Assembly: GCF_902713425.1 (NCBI RefSeq)
Contig: NC_081212.1
Coordinates: 10,100,261-10,164,260, forward strand
Origin: Acipenser ruthenus
Taxonomy: Eukaryota
Direction of reading: 5' to 3'
DNA length: 64,000 nucleotides
Made by a program: the position numbers and the translations under genes. The notes under the pieces were generated by a model. The model had not been told where the DNA came from. It ran no database searches and worked only from the letters and a program-made list of their open reading frames with translations. Below, in pieces: positions 24,398 through 36,135 of this stretch (positions within the stretch are counted from its first letter, which is position 1; each line of letters begins with the position of its first letter).

Positions 24398-24530
24398 ACA
24401 GCTGCTTCTGGAATGAAACACCCATTAATAAAATAAAATAAATCAATCAATTCTCAGTGCAACTTTTTGACGCAGTCAGCTGCTGGACTCACAGAGAGCG
24501 GAGACCGCAACAAAAAAACGAACAAGCACA

Positions 24531-24603
24531 TGTTTCCACCCGGTTTCGAACCGGGGACCTTTCGCGTGTTAGGCGAACGTGATAACCACTACACTATGGA
24601 AAC
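24531..24603 (-). tRNA. tRNA-Val(AAC)
   Basis: Canonical. Confidence 0.9.
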
Positions 24604-24730
24604 TTTCACATGTACATTGTTACATTCAGCTGGGCTTTAAGTGAAGACTTCCTTGCACTGCAGGATCCAAAATGGGTAATCGGCACTGTATGCTTAGAGC
24701 GCAACACACGGATCGTTTGTTAAGCAACAT

Positions 24731-24803
24731 GTTTCCATAGTGTAGTGGTTATCACGTTCGCCTCACACGCGAAAGGTCCCCGGTTCGAAACCGGGTGGAA
24801 ACA
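24731..24803 (+). tRNA. tRNA-Val(CAC)
   Basis: Canonical sequence. Confidence 0.9.
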
Positions 24804-25521
24804 CAGCACGGCATATTTTTTTCACTGTATGTATTTATTCTCCCCAGGTAAACAGCCACCCAACCAGAACGATGTATTTGTAGTGTGCATGGTGCATTGT
24901 CAATGCAAGTCTGACTGTATATTAAACGGAGTGAGAATGCACTCTGCAACGTTTTGGCTTCGACTGCTGCTTGACTCACAGAAACGACAATGTTGATACT
25001 CTGACTCTTCTTCTTAAAATGCATGTTAAAATGCGGAATGTTTTCAAATTCCATGAATTCGCAGGTCTGTACAGAACAAGACGACTATCTGGTCTCACAA
25101 AATGTTGCTGGTTCTCGTAGAACAAAGAAGAGTTTGATCAACTATGTCATTCATGCCGACAAAGCTCAGGAGGGCGATCGTTAGGTTGAATATCTAAATT
25201 TCCCGGGTTATATCCCGAGTTTCGACAGATGTCAGTTTATTCATATACCTACAGAATCACAGGTACAAATATTGCAGTTAAAGTTTATGCTTTTCAAATC
25301 CGTGCACGAAAGGGGGTGCCCAAATCAGAATAAAAGTCACGAGGGGAGTAATCAAAACATCGCAAAAGAAAAATACACTGCATTAAACAAATCATTTGGA
25401 GCGGTCTAAAATGAGCAATCCAGGTTCGATTCATTGTTTTGCCCTTTCGATGGCAGCAGTGTAAAAAAATGACCTGCACATTTCTCTGCTGGCTTCGGGT
25501 AGCAAACAAGAAGCAGCGATT

Positions 25522-25594
25522 TCCCATATGATCTAGTGGTTACGATTCCCGTTTTTTCACCCAGGTGACCAGGGTTCAACTCCCTGTATGCGAA
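25522..25594 (+). pseudogene. tRNA-Glu(TTC)-like relic
   Basis: As 7718 copy. Confidence 0.55.
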
Positions 25595-26774
25595 TTCATT
25601 TATTTACTTGTGGAGGTAATTGTCAGATAAAAGGATTGAAAAATGAAACCCCACATTGTAGGATGGGGAGACTTATAACTAGTGACCATTATATAAAAAA
25701 AATAAATAACGTTTGCTTATGTTAGATGCAAGAGAGCGAGACAGATAGATTTGCATCTTGGTATCCCATCACTCCTATGTGCACCAAAGCAATGACGGTC
25801 TACACTTCAGTTCATATATAATCGGAATAAAAAAGTGGACTCTGTTGCATTGTGAGGCTGCAGTGTCGATAACATAAACCTCTACGTTTGAGGGATCATT
25901 TAACTGTACTGTATTATATCGCAGTAACTTGCCCACCGGCAAGTCAAATGTCTTTGCTGTAGGGGGTAGCATTTAGTTATCCCAAGTTCTGTAGCTTTGC
26001 GCAGTGGCAGTATCATAGCCCATGAGGTTTGTCCGAGGCGTGATTATTGCTAGTTGAAAACTTTAACCAATACCCCGCCGTGGTGACTTGAAATATAGTC
26101 GCCGCTGGCAATTTTTGACAGTCTCACAGAGTCTGCTATCATGTAGTTGAAAGAACAGAACAAATGTTGACGCTTTGACATTCTGGGTTTGGTTTTGTAT
26201 TCTACTGATTGGGCACAACATTTGAGTTGATCTTTTTACTCTTTATAACATACAAGTGTATTTACAAGGTTAGGGGCCGTTTCTCCTGTTGTGTCAATTA
26301 TATTACTATGCAGCTGGCAGGCATTCGGAACGCGCACGCTAACAACGCGTCATCTTTCATTTTACAAAACACGGGGCATTCGACACGGAGAAAACCTTCT
26401 AGACAAATACTAAAAGAGCTAAACATCAATTTGCCTCCCCAGCCATGTTAGTAGATATCTGGCTTTTTTGCAGTAGCATTAAAGTTGTGGTGACACACGA
26501 AAAAGAAACATGGAAATCTGTTTTGGGGTTGGGGAGTTAACCTACCAAACAATTTACGCACATGAATATATCATGAAAACAGCCATGCATGGAGGTCATG
26601 GGAACTCTCCGTTCTATTGCTTTCCTTTCTCCCAGATATATCATGCACATTATGTAACTTCTCTTCAAAGGCAATTTTAGTATTCAGACTGTAGTTGCAA
26701 AAATAATACAATATCTTTTGACTAGAGTTCATCTTTTAAAAACAACTACTTTGCCAACAGAAGAAAAAAAAGGC

Positions 26775-26847
26775 TAACAGAAGACGGTTTCGCTCCGTCG
26801 ACCTCTGGGTTATAAGGCTCAGCACGCTTCCGCTGCGCCACTCTGAT
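26775..26847 (-). pseudogene. iMet-like tRNA relic
   Basis: As 6520 copy. Confidence 0.55.
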
Positions 26848-26983
26848 ACAGCTGCTTCTCGAATGAAACACCCATTAATAAAATAAAATAAATCAATCAA
26901 TTCTCAGTGCAACTTTTTGACGCAGTCTGCTGCTGGACTCACAGAGAGCGGAGAAGACCGCAACAAAAAAACGAACAAGCACA

Positions 26984-27056
26984 TGTTTCCACCCGGTTTC
27001 GAACCGGGGACCTTTCGCGTGTTAGGCGAACGTGATAACCACTACACTATGGAAAC
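26984..27056 (-). tRNA. tRNA-Val(AAC)
   Basis: Canonical. Confidence 0.9.
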
Positions 27057-27183
27057 TTTCACATGTACATTGTTACATTCAGCTGGGCTTTAAGTGAAGA
27101 CTGCCTTGCACTGCAGGATCCAAAATGGGTAATCGGCACTGTATGCTTAGAGCGCAACACACGGATCGTTTGTTAAGCAACAT

Positions 27184-27256
27184 GTTTCCATAGTGTAGTG
27201 GTTATCACGTTCGCCTCACACGCGAAAGGTCCCCGGTTCGAAACCGGGTGGAAACA
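27184..27256 (+). tRNA. tRNA-Val(CAC)
   Basis: Canonical sequence. Confidence 0.9.
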
Positions 27257-27975
27257 CAGCACGGCATATTTTTTTCACTGTATGTATTTATTCTCCCCAG
27301 GTAAACAGCCACCCAGACCAGAACGATGTATTTGTAGTGTGCATGGTGCATTGTCAATGCAAGTCTGACTGTATATTAAACGGAGTGAGAATGCACTCTG
27401 CAACGTTTTGGCTTCGACTGCTGCTTGACTCACAGAAACGACAATGTTGATACTCTGACTCTTCTTCTTAAAATGCATGTTAAAATGCGGAATGTTTTCA
27501 AATTCCATGAATTCGCAGGTCTGTACAGAACAAGACGACTATCTGGTCTCACAAAATGTTGCTGGTTCTCGTAGAACAAAGAAGAGTTTGATCAACTATG
27601 TCATTCATGCCGACAAAGCTCAGGAGGGCGATCGTTAGGTTGAATATCTAAATTTCCCGGGTTATATCCCGAGTTTCGACAGATGTCAGTTTATTCATAT
27701 ACCTACAGAATCACAGGTACAAATATTGCAGTTAAAGTTTATGCTTTTCAAATCCGTGCACGAAAGGGGGTGCCCAAATCAGAATGAAAGTCACGGGGGG
27801 AGTAATCAAAACATCGCAAAAGAAAAATACACTGCATTAAACAAATCATTTGGAGCGGTCTAAAATGAGCAATCCAGGTTCGATTCATTGTTTTGCCCTT
27901 TCGATGGCAGCAGTGTAAAAAAATGACCTGCACATTTCTCTGCTGGCTTCGGGTAGCAAACAAGAAGCAGCGATT

Positions 27976-28048
27976 TCCCATATGATCTAGTGGTTACGAT
28001 TCCCGTTTTTTCACCCAGGTGACCAGGGTTCAACTCCCTGTATGCGAA
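27976..28048 (+). pseudogene. tRNA-Glu(TTC)-like relic
   Basis: As 7718 copy. Confidence 0.55.
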
Positions 28049-29226
28049 TTCATTTATTTACTTGTGGAGGTAATTGTCAGATAAAAGGATTGAAAAATGA
28101 AACCCCACATTGTAGGATGGGGAGACTTATAACTAGTGACCATTATATAAAAAAATAAATAACGTTTGCTTATGTTAGATGCAAGAGAGCGAGACAGATA
28201 GATTTGCATCTTGGTATCCCATCACTCCTATGTGCACCAAAGCAATGACGGTCTACACTTCAGTTCATATATAATCGGAATAAAAAAGTGGACTCTGTTG
28301 CATTGTGAGGCTGCAGTGTCGATAACATAAACCTCTACGTTTGAGGGATCATTTAACTGTACTGTATTATATCGCAGTAACTTGCCCACCGGCAAGTCAA
28401 ATGTCTTTGCTGTAGGGGGTAGCATTTAGTTATCCCAAGTTCTGTAGCTTTGCGCAGTGGCAGTATCATAGCCCATGAGGTTTGTGCGAGGCGTGATTAT
28501 TGCTAGTTGAAAACTTTAACCAATACCCCGCCGTGGTGATTTGAAATATAGTCGCCGCTGGCAATTTTTGACAGTCTCACAGAGTCTGCTATCATGTAGT
28601 TGAAAGAACAGAACAAATGTTGACGCTTTGACATTCTGGGTTTGGTTTTGTATTCTACTGATTGGGCACAACATTTGAGTTGATCTTTTTACTCTTTATA
28701 ACATACAAGTGTATTTACAAGGTTAGGGGCCGTTTCTCCTGTTGTGTCAATTATATTACTATGCAGCTGGCAGGCATTCGGAACGCGCACGCTAACAACG
28801 CGTCATCTTTCATTTTACAAAACACGGGGCATTCGACACGGAGAAAACCTTCTAGACAAATACTAAAAGAGCTAAACATCAATTTGCCTCCCCAGCCATG
28901 TTAATAGATATCTGGCTTTTTTGCAGTAGCATTAAAGTTGTGGTGACACACGAAAAAGAAACATGGAAATCTGTTTTGGGGTTGGGGAGTTAACCTACCA
29001 AACAATTTACGCACATGAATATATCATGAAAACAGCCATGCATGGAGGTCATGGGAACTCTCCGTTCTATTGCTTTCCTTTCTCCCAGATATATCATGCA
29101 CATTATGTAACTTCTCTTCAAAGGCAATTTTAGTATTCAGACTGTAGTTGCAAAAATAATACAATATCTTTTGACTAGAGTTCATCTTTTAAAAACAACT
29201 ACTTTGCCAACAGAAGAAAAAAAGGC

Positions 29227-29299
29227 TAACAGAAGACGGTTTCGCTCCGTCGACCTCTGGGTTATAAGGCTCAGCACGCTTCCGCTGCGCCACTCTGAT
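29227..29299 (-). pseudogene. iMet-like tRNA relic
   Basis: As 6520 copy. Confidence 0.55.
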
Positions 29300-29432
29300 A
29301 CAGCTGCTTCTCGAATGAAACACCCATTAATAAAATAAAATAAATCAATCAATTCTCAGTGCAACTTTTTGACACAGTCAGCTGCTGGACTCACAGAGAG
29401 CGGAGACCGCAACAAAAAAACGAACAAGCACA

Positions 29433-29505
29433 TGTTTCCACCCGGTTTCGAACCGGGGACCTTTCGCGTGTTAGGCGAACGTGATAACCACTACACTATG
29501 GAAAC
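29433..29505 (-). tRNA. tRNA-Val(AAC)
   Basis: Canonical. Confidence 0.9.
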
Positions 29506-29632
29506 TTTCACATGTACATTGTTACATTCAGCTGGGCTTTAAGTGAAGACTGCCTTGCACTGCAGGATCCAAAATGGGTAATCGGCACTGTATGCTTAGA
29601 GCGCAACACACGGATCGTTTATTAAGCAACAT

Positions 29633-29705
29633 GTTTCCATAGTGTAGTGGTTATCACTTTCGCCTCACACGCGAACGGTCCCCGGTTCGAAACCGGGTGG
29701 AAACA
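29633..29705 (+). tRNA. tRNA-Val(CAC)
   Basis: G26T/A44C variant, as the 6926 copy. Confidence 0.85.
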
Positions 29706-30424
29706 CAGCACGGCATATTTTTTTCACTGTATGTATTTATTCTCCCCAGGTAAACAGCCACCCAGACCAGAACGATGTATTTGTAGTGTGCATGGTGCAT
29801 TGTCAATGCAAGTCTGACTGTATATTAAACGGAGTGAGAATGCACTCTGCAACGTTTTGGCTTCGACTGCTGCTTGACTCACAGAAACGACAATGTTGAT
29901 ACTCTGACTCTTCTTCTTAAAATGCATGTTAAAATGCGGAATGTTTTCAAATTCCATGAATTCGCAGGTCTGTACAGAACAAGACGACTATCTGGTCTCA
30001 CAAAATGTTGCTGGTTCTCGTAGAACAAAGAAGAGTTTGATCAACTATGTCATTCATGCCGACAAAGCTCAGGAGGGCGATCGTTAGGTTGAATATCTAA
30101 ATTTCCCGGGTTATATCCCGAGTTTCGACAGATGTCAGTTTATTCATATACCTACAGAATCACAGGTACAAATATTGCAGTTAAAGTTTATGCTTTTCAA
30201 ATCCGTGCACGAAAGGGGGTGCCCAAATCAGAATGAAAGTCACGGGGGGAGTAATCAAAACATCGCAAAAGAAAAATACACTGCATTAAACAAATCATTT
30301 GGAGCGGTCTAAAATGAGCAATCCAGGTTCGATTCATTGTTTTGCCCTTTCGATGGCAGCAGTGTAAAAAAATGACCTGCACATTTCTCTGCTGGCTTCG
30401 GGTAGCAAACAAGAAGCAGTGATT

Positions 30425-30497
30425 TCCCATATGATCTAGTGGTTACGCTTCCCGTTTTTTCACCCAGGTGACCAGGGTTCAACTCCCTGTATGCGAA
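30425..30497 (+). pseudogene. tRNA-Glu(TTC)-like relic
   Basis: As 7718 copy. Confidence 0.55.
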
Positions 30498-30884
30498 TTC
30501 ATTTATTTACTTGTGGAGGTAATTGTCAGATAAAAGGATTGAAAAATGAAACCCCACATTGTAGGATGGGGAGACTTATAACTAGTGACCATTATATAAA
30601 AAAAAAATAACGTTTGCTTATGTTAGATGCAAGAGAGCGAGACAGATAGATTTGCATCTTGGTATCCCATCACTCCTATGTGCACCAAAGCAATGACGGT
30701 CTACACTTCAGTTCATATATAATCGGAATAAAAAAGTGGACTCTGTTGCATTGTGAGGCTGCAGTGTCGATAACATAAACCTCTACGTTTGAGGGATCAT
30801 TTAACTGTACTGTATTATATCCAAAATGGGTAATCGGCACTGTATGATTAGAGCGCAACACACGGATCGTTTGTTAAGCAACAT

Positions 30885-30957
30885 GTTTCCATAGTGTAGT
30901 GGTTATCACGTTCGCCTCACACGCGAAAGGTCCCCGGTTCGAAACCGGGTGGAAACA
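30885..30957 (+). tRNA. tRNA-Val(CAC)
   Basis: Canonical sequence, in a 1.25-kb variant unit immediately upstream of retrotransposon copy 2. Confidence 0.9.
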
Positions 30958-31644
30958 CAGCACGGCATCTTTTTTTCACTGTATGTATTTATTCTCCCCA
31001 GGTAAACAGCCACCCAGACCAGAACGATGTATTTGTAGTGTGCATGGTGCATTGTCAATGCAAGTCTGACTGTATATTAAACGGAGTGAGAATGCACTCT
31101 GCAACGTTTTGGCTTCGACTGCTGCTTGACTCACAGAAACGACAATGTTGATACTCTGACTCTTCTTCTTAAAATGCATGTTAAAATGCGGAATGTTTTC
31201 AAATTCCATGAATTCGCAGGTCTGTACAGAACAAGACGACTATCTGGTCTCACAAAATGTTGCTGGTTCTCGTAGAACAAAGAAGAGTTTGATCAACTAT
31301 GTCATTCATGCCGACAAAGCTCAGGAGGGCGATCGTTAGGTTGAATATCTAAATTTCCCGGGTTATATCCCGAGTTTCGACAGATGTCAGTTTATTCATA
31401 TACCTACAGAATCACAGGTACAAATATTGCAGTTAAAGTTTATGCTTTTCAAATCCGTGCACGAAAGGGGGTGCCCAAATCAGAATGAAAGTCACGGGGG
31501 GAGTAATCAAAACATCGCAAAAGAAAAATACACTGCATTAAACAAATCATTTGGAGCGGTCTAAAATGAGCAATCCAGGTTCGATTCATTGTTTTGCCCT
31601 TTCGATGGCAGCAGTGTAAAAAAATGACCTGCACATTTCTCTGC

Positions 31645-31760
31645 CCAGGCCAGCGTGAGCACCTTCTTGTACAGAAAAAATAAAGGAACACTTAATTAGA
31701 ATAAGTGTACGCGTGCCGTTTCTCTGAGTCAATAATTAGAAAGTTATTGAGTTTATCACA
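31645..31760 (+). repeat. Truncated 5' LTR of copy 2 (3'-terminal 116 bp only)
   Basis: Corresponds to 1018..1133 of the copy 1 LTR. The upstream 145 bp of LTR is absent. Confidence 0.8.
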
Positions 31761-31762
31761 TT

Positions 31763-31774
31763 TGGCGACGAGGA
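31763..31774 (+). promoter_or_regulatory. Primer binding site (tRNA-Ser(GCU)-type), copy 2
   Basis: TGGCGACGAGGA lies 2 nt after the LTR end, identical to copy 1. Confidence 0.5.
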
Positions 31775-31872
31775 GTAAAAAAAAATAATAAAAAAAAAAT
31801 AATATAAAAAAAAAACAAAAAAACAAAAAAACACCTAGAAGCAGGCTACACTTCGGACGGCAATGGCGACTT

Positions 31873-34800
31873 TTGGAAGCATTGGAGAGTTTGATGAGAG
31901 CACTGACTGGACGGCTTGGACACTACTTCGCAGCAAATGATATTACTGATGGAGGTAAACAGCGCTCTATATTTCTAAGTGTCTGCTGTCCGAAAACGTA
32001 CAGTCTCATCAGGAATCTGGTATCGCCATTGAAACCTACTGATAAGAGTTTTGCTGAACTGTGCTTAATTGTTAAACAGCATAAAAACCCTAAACCGTCA
32101 GAGATTGTGCAGACTTTTAAATTTCACAATAGGTTTCGGCAACCAGGGGAATCTGTGCCAACTTATGTAGCCGAATTGAGACGGTTGTCTGAACATTGTG
32201 TTTTCGGGGCGATGCTGGATAGGATGCTGCGTGACAGGTTGGTATGCGGCTTGCAAGATGACCGCATTCAGCTCCGTTTGTTATCGGAAACCGCGTTGGA
32301 TTTTAAGAAGGCTGTGGAGATTGCTCAAGCCATGGAGGCTGCTGCGCAACAAGCTCACGATCTTAAACCGACCGCCTCAACACCACCTGTGATTCACAAG
32401 GCGATCGCAGTTGGTTCTCCTGCGATAGACTGCAGACAGGGTGAAGGGAAAAATATGTGTTACCGCTGTGGACAGCCACATGCTGCAAGAGACTGTAGAT
32501 TCAAGGACGCTGTTTGCCATAACTACAATAAGAAGGGTCACATTGCAAAAGTGTGTCGCAGTAAAAATCAGCCATGCCAACAAAGAGGGGGCTGGCAACC
32601 CAAGATGCCTAAAGCTACGCATAGCTTAGAAGGGGAGGTAGATGAAGACGAACCTGAGGTTGTTTACAGTATGCACCAAGCAAAAACAGAGAAAGTAGAG
32701 CCTATTTATGTGACTGTGAAGGCGCAAGGGGAAGAATTGCAAATGGAAGTTGATACAGGGGCGTCATTCACAGTTATCAGTGAGAGCACGTACAGAGGCA
32801 CGTGGCATGGCAAACAGTTACCCCCACTCAGTAAGTCTGCCATCAAGCTGCACACGTATACAGGAGAAGAAATTAAAGTCATAGGCATCATTGCAGTGGA
32901 AGTGCAGTATAACCAGCAATCATGCATGCTACCAATACTGATAGTGTTTGGTAATGGACCTAGTTTGCTAGGACGGAACTGGCTGAAGAAGCTCAAGCTG
33001 GATTGGTCTAACTTGTATCATATGGGAACTACTAGTGTGCAAGACATTTTAAACAGATATGCAGTTGTGTTTCGGGATGAACTGGGAACTTTGAGAGGAA
33101 CTAAGGCTGTCATTGAAGTGGACGGAAACGTTAAGCCCAGATTCTTCAAAGCCCGTACAGTACCGTATGCATTAAAAGAAAAAGTCAGTGCTGAACTGCA
33201 GAGATTGCAAAAGGCAGGCATCATTGAACCTGTTCAGTTTTCGAAGTGGGCTGCTCCTATTGTGCCAATTATGAAGCCAGATGGGTCAATACGTATTTGT
33301 GGCGATTATAAACTGACAGTGAACCAGGCCTCCAGACTGGATGCTTATCCAATTCCGCGAGTGGAAGATTTATTCTCCAACATTACAGGGGGGCAAGCCT
33401 TTACAAAGCTGGACCTGAGCCATGCCTACCAGCAGCTGCTCCTGGAGGACAGTTCTAAGGAAGTTTTGACCATCAACACGCACAAGGGGTTGTTCCGCTA
33501 CACCAGGTTGCCTTTTGGGGTGTCATCAGCTCCAGGTATTTTCCAACGCACCCTGGAAAGCCTGCTAGCAGGTTTGCCCCACGTTCTCGTGTATCTGGAT
33601 GACATCCTCATAACAGGTCCTGACCCGTCAAAACACATGCAAGTTTTGGAAGAAGTTTTGAAGCGGCTTGCTGATGCAGGATTGAGACTAAAAAAACAAA
33701 AGTGCATTTTCCTAGTGCCAGAGGTGCAGTATTTAGGTCACAAGATTGACGCAGAGGGCATACACCCAGCAGAGGAGAAGGTCCGGGCAATAGTGGAAGC
33801 TCCGACGCCCAAGAATACCACAGAGTTGAAGTCATTTTTAGGGATGGTAAACTATTACCATCGTTTTCTGCCAAATTTATCAACGCTGTTGTCACCATTG
33901 CATCATCTACTACAGAAGAAGGTGCCATGGTGTTGGAAACCACAGCAGGAGAAAGCTTTCCAGTCAGCAAAGAAGCTTTTGCTAACATCACAATTGTTAG
34001 TACATTTCGACTCCAAGAAACCATTGCTCCTGGCATGCGATGCATCACCCTATGGAGTGGGAGCAGTGTTATCGCACACCCTGCCTGATGGAAGTGAAAG
34101 ACCAATAAGTTTTGCGTCCCGCACTTTGGCTCCAGCTGAAAAAAACTATTCTCAGCTGGATAAAGAAGCCCTCGCCATTGTGTTTGGGGTAAAAAAGTTC
34201 CATCAGTACCTGTATGGACACCATTTCACTATTTGCTCGGACCACAAGCCCTTGATGAGCCTTTTCAGCGAGAGCAAGTTGATTCCACCGATGGCTTCAG
34301 GGAGAATTCAACGGTGGCCGTTATTGCTTGCTGGTTATGAGTATGAGATACGCTACAAGAGTGGAGAGACACACAGTAATGCTGATGGACTGAGTCGTTT
34401 GCCACTGAAGGATACACCCTCACATGTGCAAACACCAGGGGATGTGGTTTTGTTACTGGAAAACCTCTCCACTTTCCCTGTCAACCTAGGGCAAATACAG
34501 TCAGGAACCAGAAGAGACCCTATATTGTCGCGAGTCCTGACATACGTGAGAAGTGGATGGCCAGCAGAAGCCGAGATGGAAGATCTGAGGCCGTATTTTA
34601 GAAGGAAGGAGGAGTTAAGTATCCAAGACAATTGTTTACTTTGGGGAAACAGAGTCATTGTACCTCCGCAAAGCCAGGAGAAAGTTATTGCTGAACTTCA
34701 TGAAGCACACCCGGGCATATCTCGCATGAAGAGCCTAGCAAGAAGTATGGTGTGGTGGCCTTGCATGGACCAAGCCTTGGAGAAAAAGGTTAGAGAATGT

Positions 34801-35793
34801 ACCATTTGCCAGAGCACACGCCATGCACCGCCACCGGCACCGCTACACCCGTGGGAGTGGCCTGACAGACCGTGGGCCCGTCTGCATGTGGATTATGCAG
34901 GTCCATTTATGGGGAAGATGTTCTTGATCCTTATTGATGCCCACTCCAAGTGGATAGATGTTCATGTTATGTCTTCTGCTACTTCTCAAGCTACCATAAG
35001 TCAACTGCGGGTTACATTTGCAACGCATGGGCTGCCCGAGATGCTAGTGACAGATAATGGAACAGCATTTACTAGCGAAGAGTTCCAGCAGTTTTGTAAG
35101 AAAAATAGCATTAAGCATGTCAGAACATCACCTTACCACCCTGCATTCAATGGGCTAGCCGAAAGAGCCGTGCAGACGGTAAAGGAGGGGTTAAAGAAAA
35201 TGAGGACTGGCACAATTGAAACCAAGTTGGCCAGGTTTTTGTTCCATTACAGAATCACACCTCAAACCACAACTGGGTCATCGCCGGCAGAATTACTGAT
35301 GGGACGTAGACCACGATCGTGTTTTGATGTGCTGAGACCAGCAGTGGGAGGGAGAGTGAGAGCTGCGCAAGCTAAGCAGAAGTTTCAACATGATCAACAC
35401 GCCAAAGTTCGCTTATTGAATGTAGGAGATACTGTTTATGTTCGAATGTTTGGAGTGGAGGATAAGTGGACACAAGGAACCATACTGGAGAAAGTGGGTC
35501 CAGTGTCATTCCAAGTGGAACTGACAGATGGGAGAGTGATTCGCCGTCATCAAGACCACCTAAGGAAATATCAGGCAGCGACCGTTCCACAATCTGAAAG
35601 ACCAGAGGATGTCCAAGTTCCTTTGGGAGATGACTACAGCCCTAACCCAGTGCAGTTAGAGTTTTCAACAGAGGGGGTTCCAGTAGACCCAGAGCCAGCA
35701 GTAGATCCAGGGCCAGAACCAACATTAGCCCCGGCACCAGAGTTGCGCCGTTCACAAAGAGCGCGTAGAGCTCCACAGAAACTGGACTGTTAG
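31873..35793 (+). CDS. Intact gag-pol polyprotein (1306 aa) of copy 2: Gag, CCHC knuckle, aspartic protease, RT, RNase H, integrase
   Basis: Single uninterrupted ORF. Zinc knuckle 32458..32496. DTGAS 32749..32766. RT with YLDD 33592..33603 (domain ~33055..33732). RNase H ~34015..34407. Integrase HHCC ~34699..34809 and D,D35E core ~34891..35163. GPY/F-like C-terminal module, no chromodomain. Order PR-RT-RH-IN makes it Ty3/Gypsy. Confidence 0.9.
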   Translation: MEALESLMRALTGRLGHYFAANDITDGGKQRSIFLSVCCPKTYSLIRNLVSPLKPTDKSFAELCLIVKQHKNPKPSEIVQTFKFHNRFRQPGESVPTYVAELRRLSEHCVFGAMLDRMLRDRLVCGLQDDRIQLRLLSETALDFKKAVEIAQAMEAAAQQAHDLKPTASTPPVIHKAIAVGSPAIDCRQGEGKNMCYRCGQPHAARDCRFKDAVCHNYNKKGHIAKVCRSKNQPCQQRGGWQPKMPKATHSLEGEVDEDEPEVVYSMHQAKTEKVEPIYVTVKAQGEELQMEVDTGASFTVISESTYRGTWHGKQLPPLSKSAIKLHTYTGEEIKVIGIIAVEVQYNQQSCMLPILIVFGNGPSLLGRNWLKKLKLDWSNLYHMGTTSVQDILNRYAVVFRDELGTLRGTKAVIEVDGNVKPRFFKARTVPYALKEKVSAELQRLQKAGIIEPVQFSKWAAPIVPIMKPDGSIRICGDYKLTVNQASRLDAYPIPRVEDLFSNITGGQAFTKLDLSHAYQQLLLEDSSKEVLTINTHKGLFRYTRLPFGVSSAPGIFQRTLESLLAGLPHVLVYLDDILITGPDPSKHMQVLEEVLKRLADAGLRLKKQKCIFLVPEVQYLGHKIDAEGIHPAEEKVRAIVEAPTPKNTTELKSFLGMVNYYHRFLPNLSTLLSPLHHLLQKKVPWCWKPQQEKAFQSAKKLLLTSQLLVHFDSKKPLLLACDASPYGVGAVLSHTLPDGSERPISFASRTLAPAEKNYSQLDKEALAIVFGVKKFHQYLYGHHFTICSDHKPLMSLFSESKLIPPMASGRIQRWPLLLAGYEYEIRYKSGETHSNADGLSRLPLKDTPSHVQTPGDVVLLLENLSTFPVNLGQIQSGTRRDPILSRVLTYVRSGWPAEAEMEDLRPYFRRKEELSIQDNCLLWGNRVIVPPQSQEKVIAELHEAHPGISRMKSLARSMVWWPCMDQALEKKVRECTICQSTRHAPPPAPLHPWEWPDRPWARLHVDYAGPFMGKMFLILIDAHSKWIDVHVMSSATSQATISQLRVTFATHGLPEMLVTDNGTAFTSEEFQQFCKKNSIKHVRTSPYHPAFNGLAERAVQTVKEGLKKMRTGTIETKLARFLFHYRITPQTTTGSSPAELLMGRRPRSCFDVLRPAVGGRVRAAQAKQKFQHDQHAKVRLLNVGDTVYVRMFGVEDKWTQGTILEKVGPVSFQVELTDGRVIRRHQDHLRKYQAATVPQSERPEDVQVPLGDDYSPNPVQLEFSTEGVPVDPEPAVDPGPEPTLAPAPELRRSQRARRAPQKLDC

Positions 35794-35861
35794 TTTAGTT
35801 GTTCCTAGCTACGTAAGTGTTGAAATTGAATGTAAGATAAAAACAAGACCAGTTTTAATCT

Positions 35862-35873
35862 GAGGTGGAGGGA
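35862..35873 (+). promoter_or_regulatory. Polypurine tract (copy 2)
   Basis: GAGGTGGAGGGA immediately before the 3' LTR. Confidence 0.6.
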
Positions 35874-36135
35874 TGTGGAATATTGATAGTTAGTCCCCTG
35901 GGTTTTAGTTACGTTTTATTCCAGTTGAGTTATTGTAACATGATCCCTGGTACAGCTCCAATAGCTGAAGGGGTCATGGGTCATGGGGAGCCATGTCCTG
36001 CACAGATTCTAGTTCCAGCCCAGGCTAGCGTGAGCACCTTCTTGTACAGAAAAAATAAAGGAACACTTAATTAGAATAAGTGTACGCGTGCCGTTTCTCT
36101 GAGTCAATAATTAGAAAGTTATTGAGTTTATCACA
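35874..36135 (+). repeat. 3' LTR of copy 2
   Basis: Identical in its LTR-specific SNPs to 5245..5506. Followed by TTATCCCATCACTCC. Confidence 0.85.

Larger units (their letters stand above)
5507..31644. repeat. Tandem array block 1: ~2.45-kb tRNA-Val units plus 1.25-kb and 1.52-kb deletion-variant units
   Basis: Unit periodicity from recurring ORF and tRNA landmarks: 2448 to 2455 bp, with variant units of 1252/1253 bp and 1521/1522 bp. Units are >97% identical. Confidence 0.95.
31645..36135 (+). mobile_element. Ty3/Gypsy-type LTR retrotransposon, copy 2 (5' LTR truncated to 116 bp; ORF intact)
   Basis: Near-identical to copy 1 at offset ~30627. The 5' end joins array sequence ...CACATTTCTCTGC directly to LTR-internal CCAGGCCAGCG. 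The 3' junction is the same as copy 1. Confidence 0.9.

Noticed and set aside
35560-35793. Chromodomain at the integrase C-terminus
   Set aside because: I looked for one. The C-terminus is a Pro/Glu-rich tail after the GPY/F module, with no chromodomain signature.
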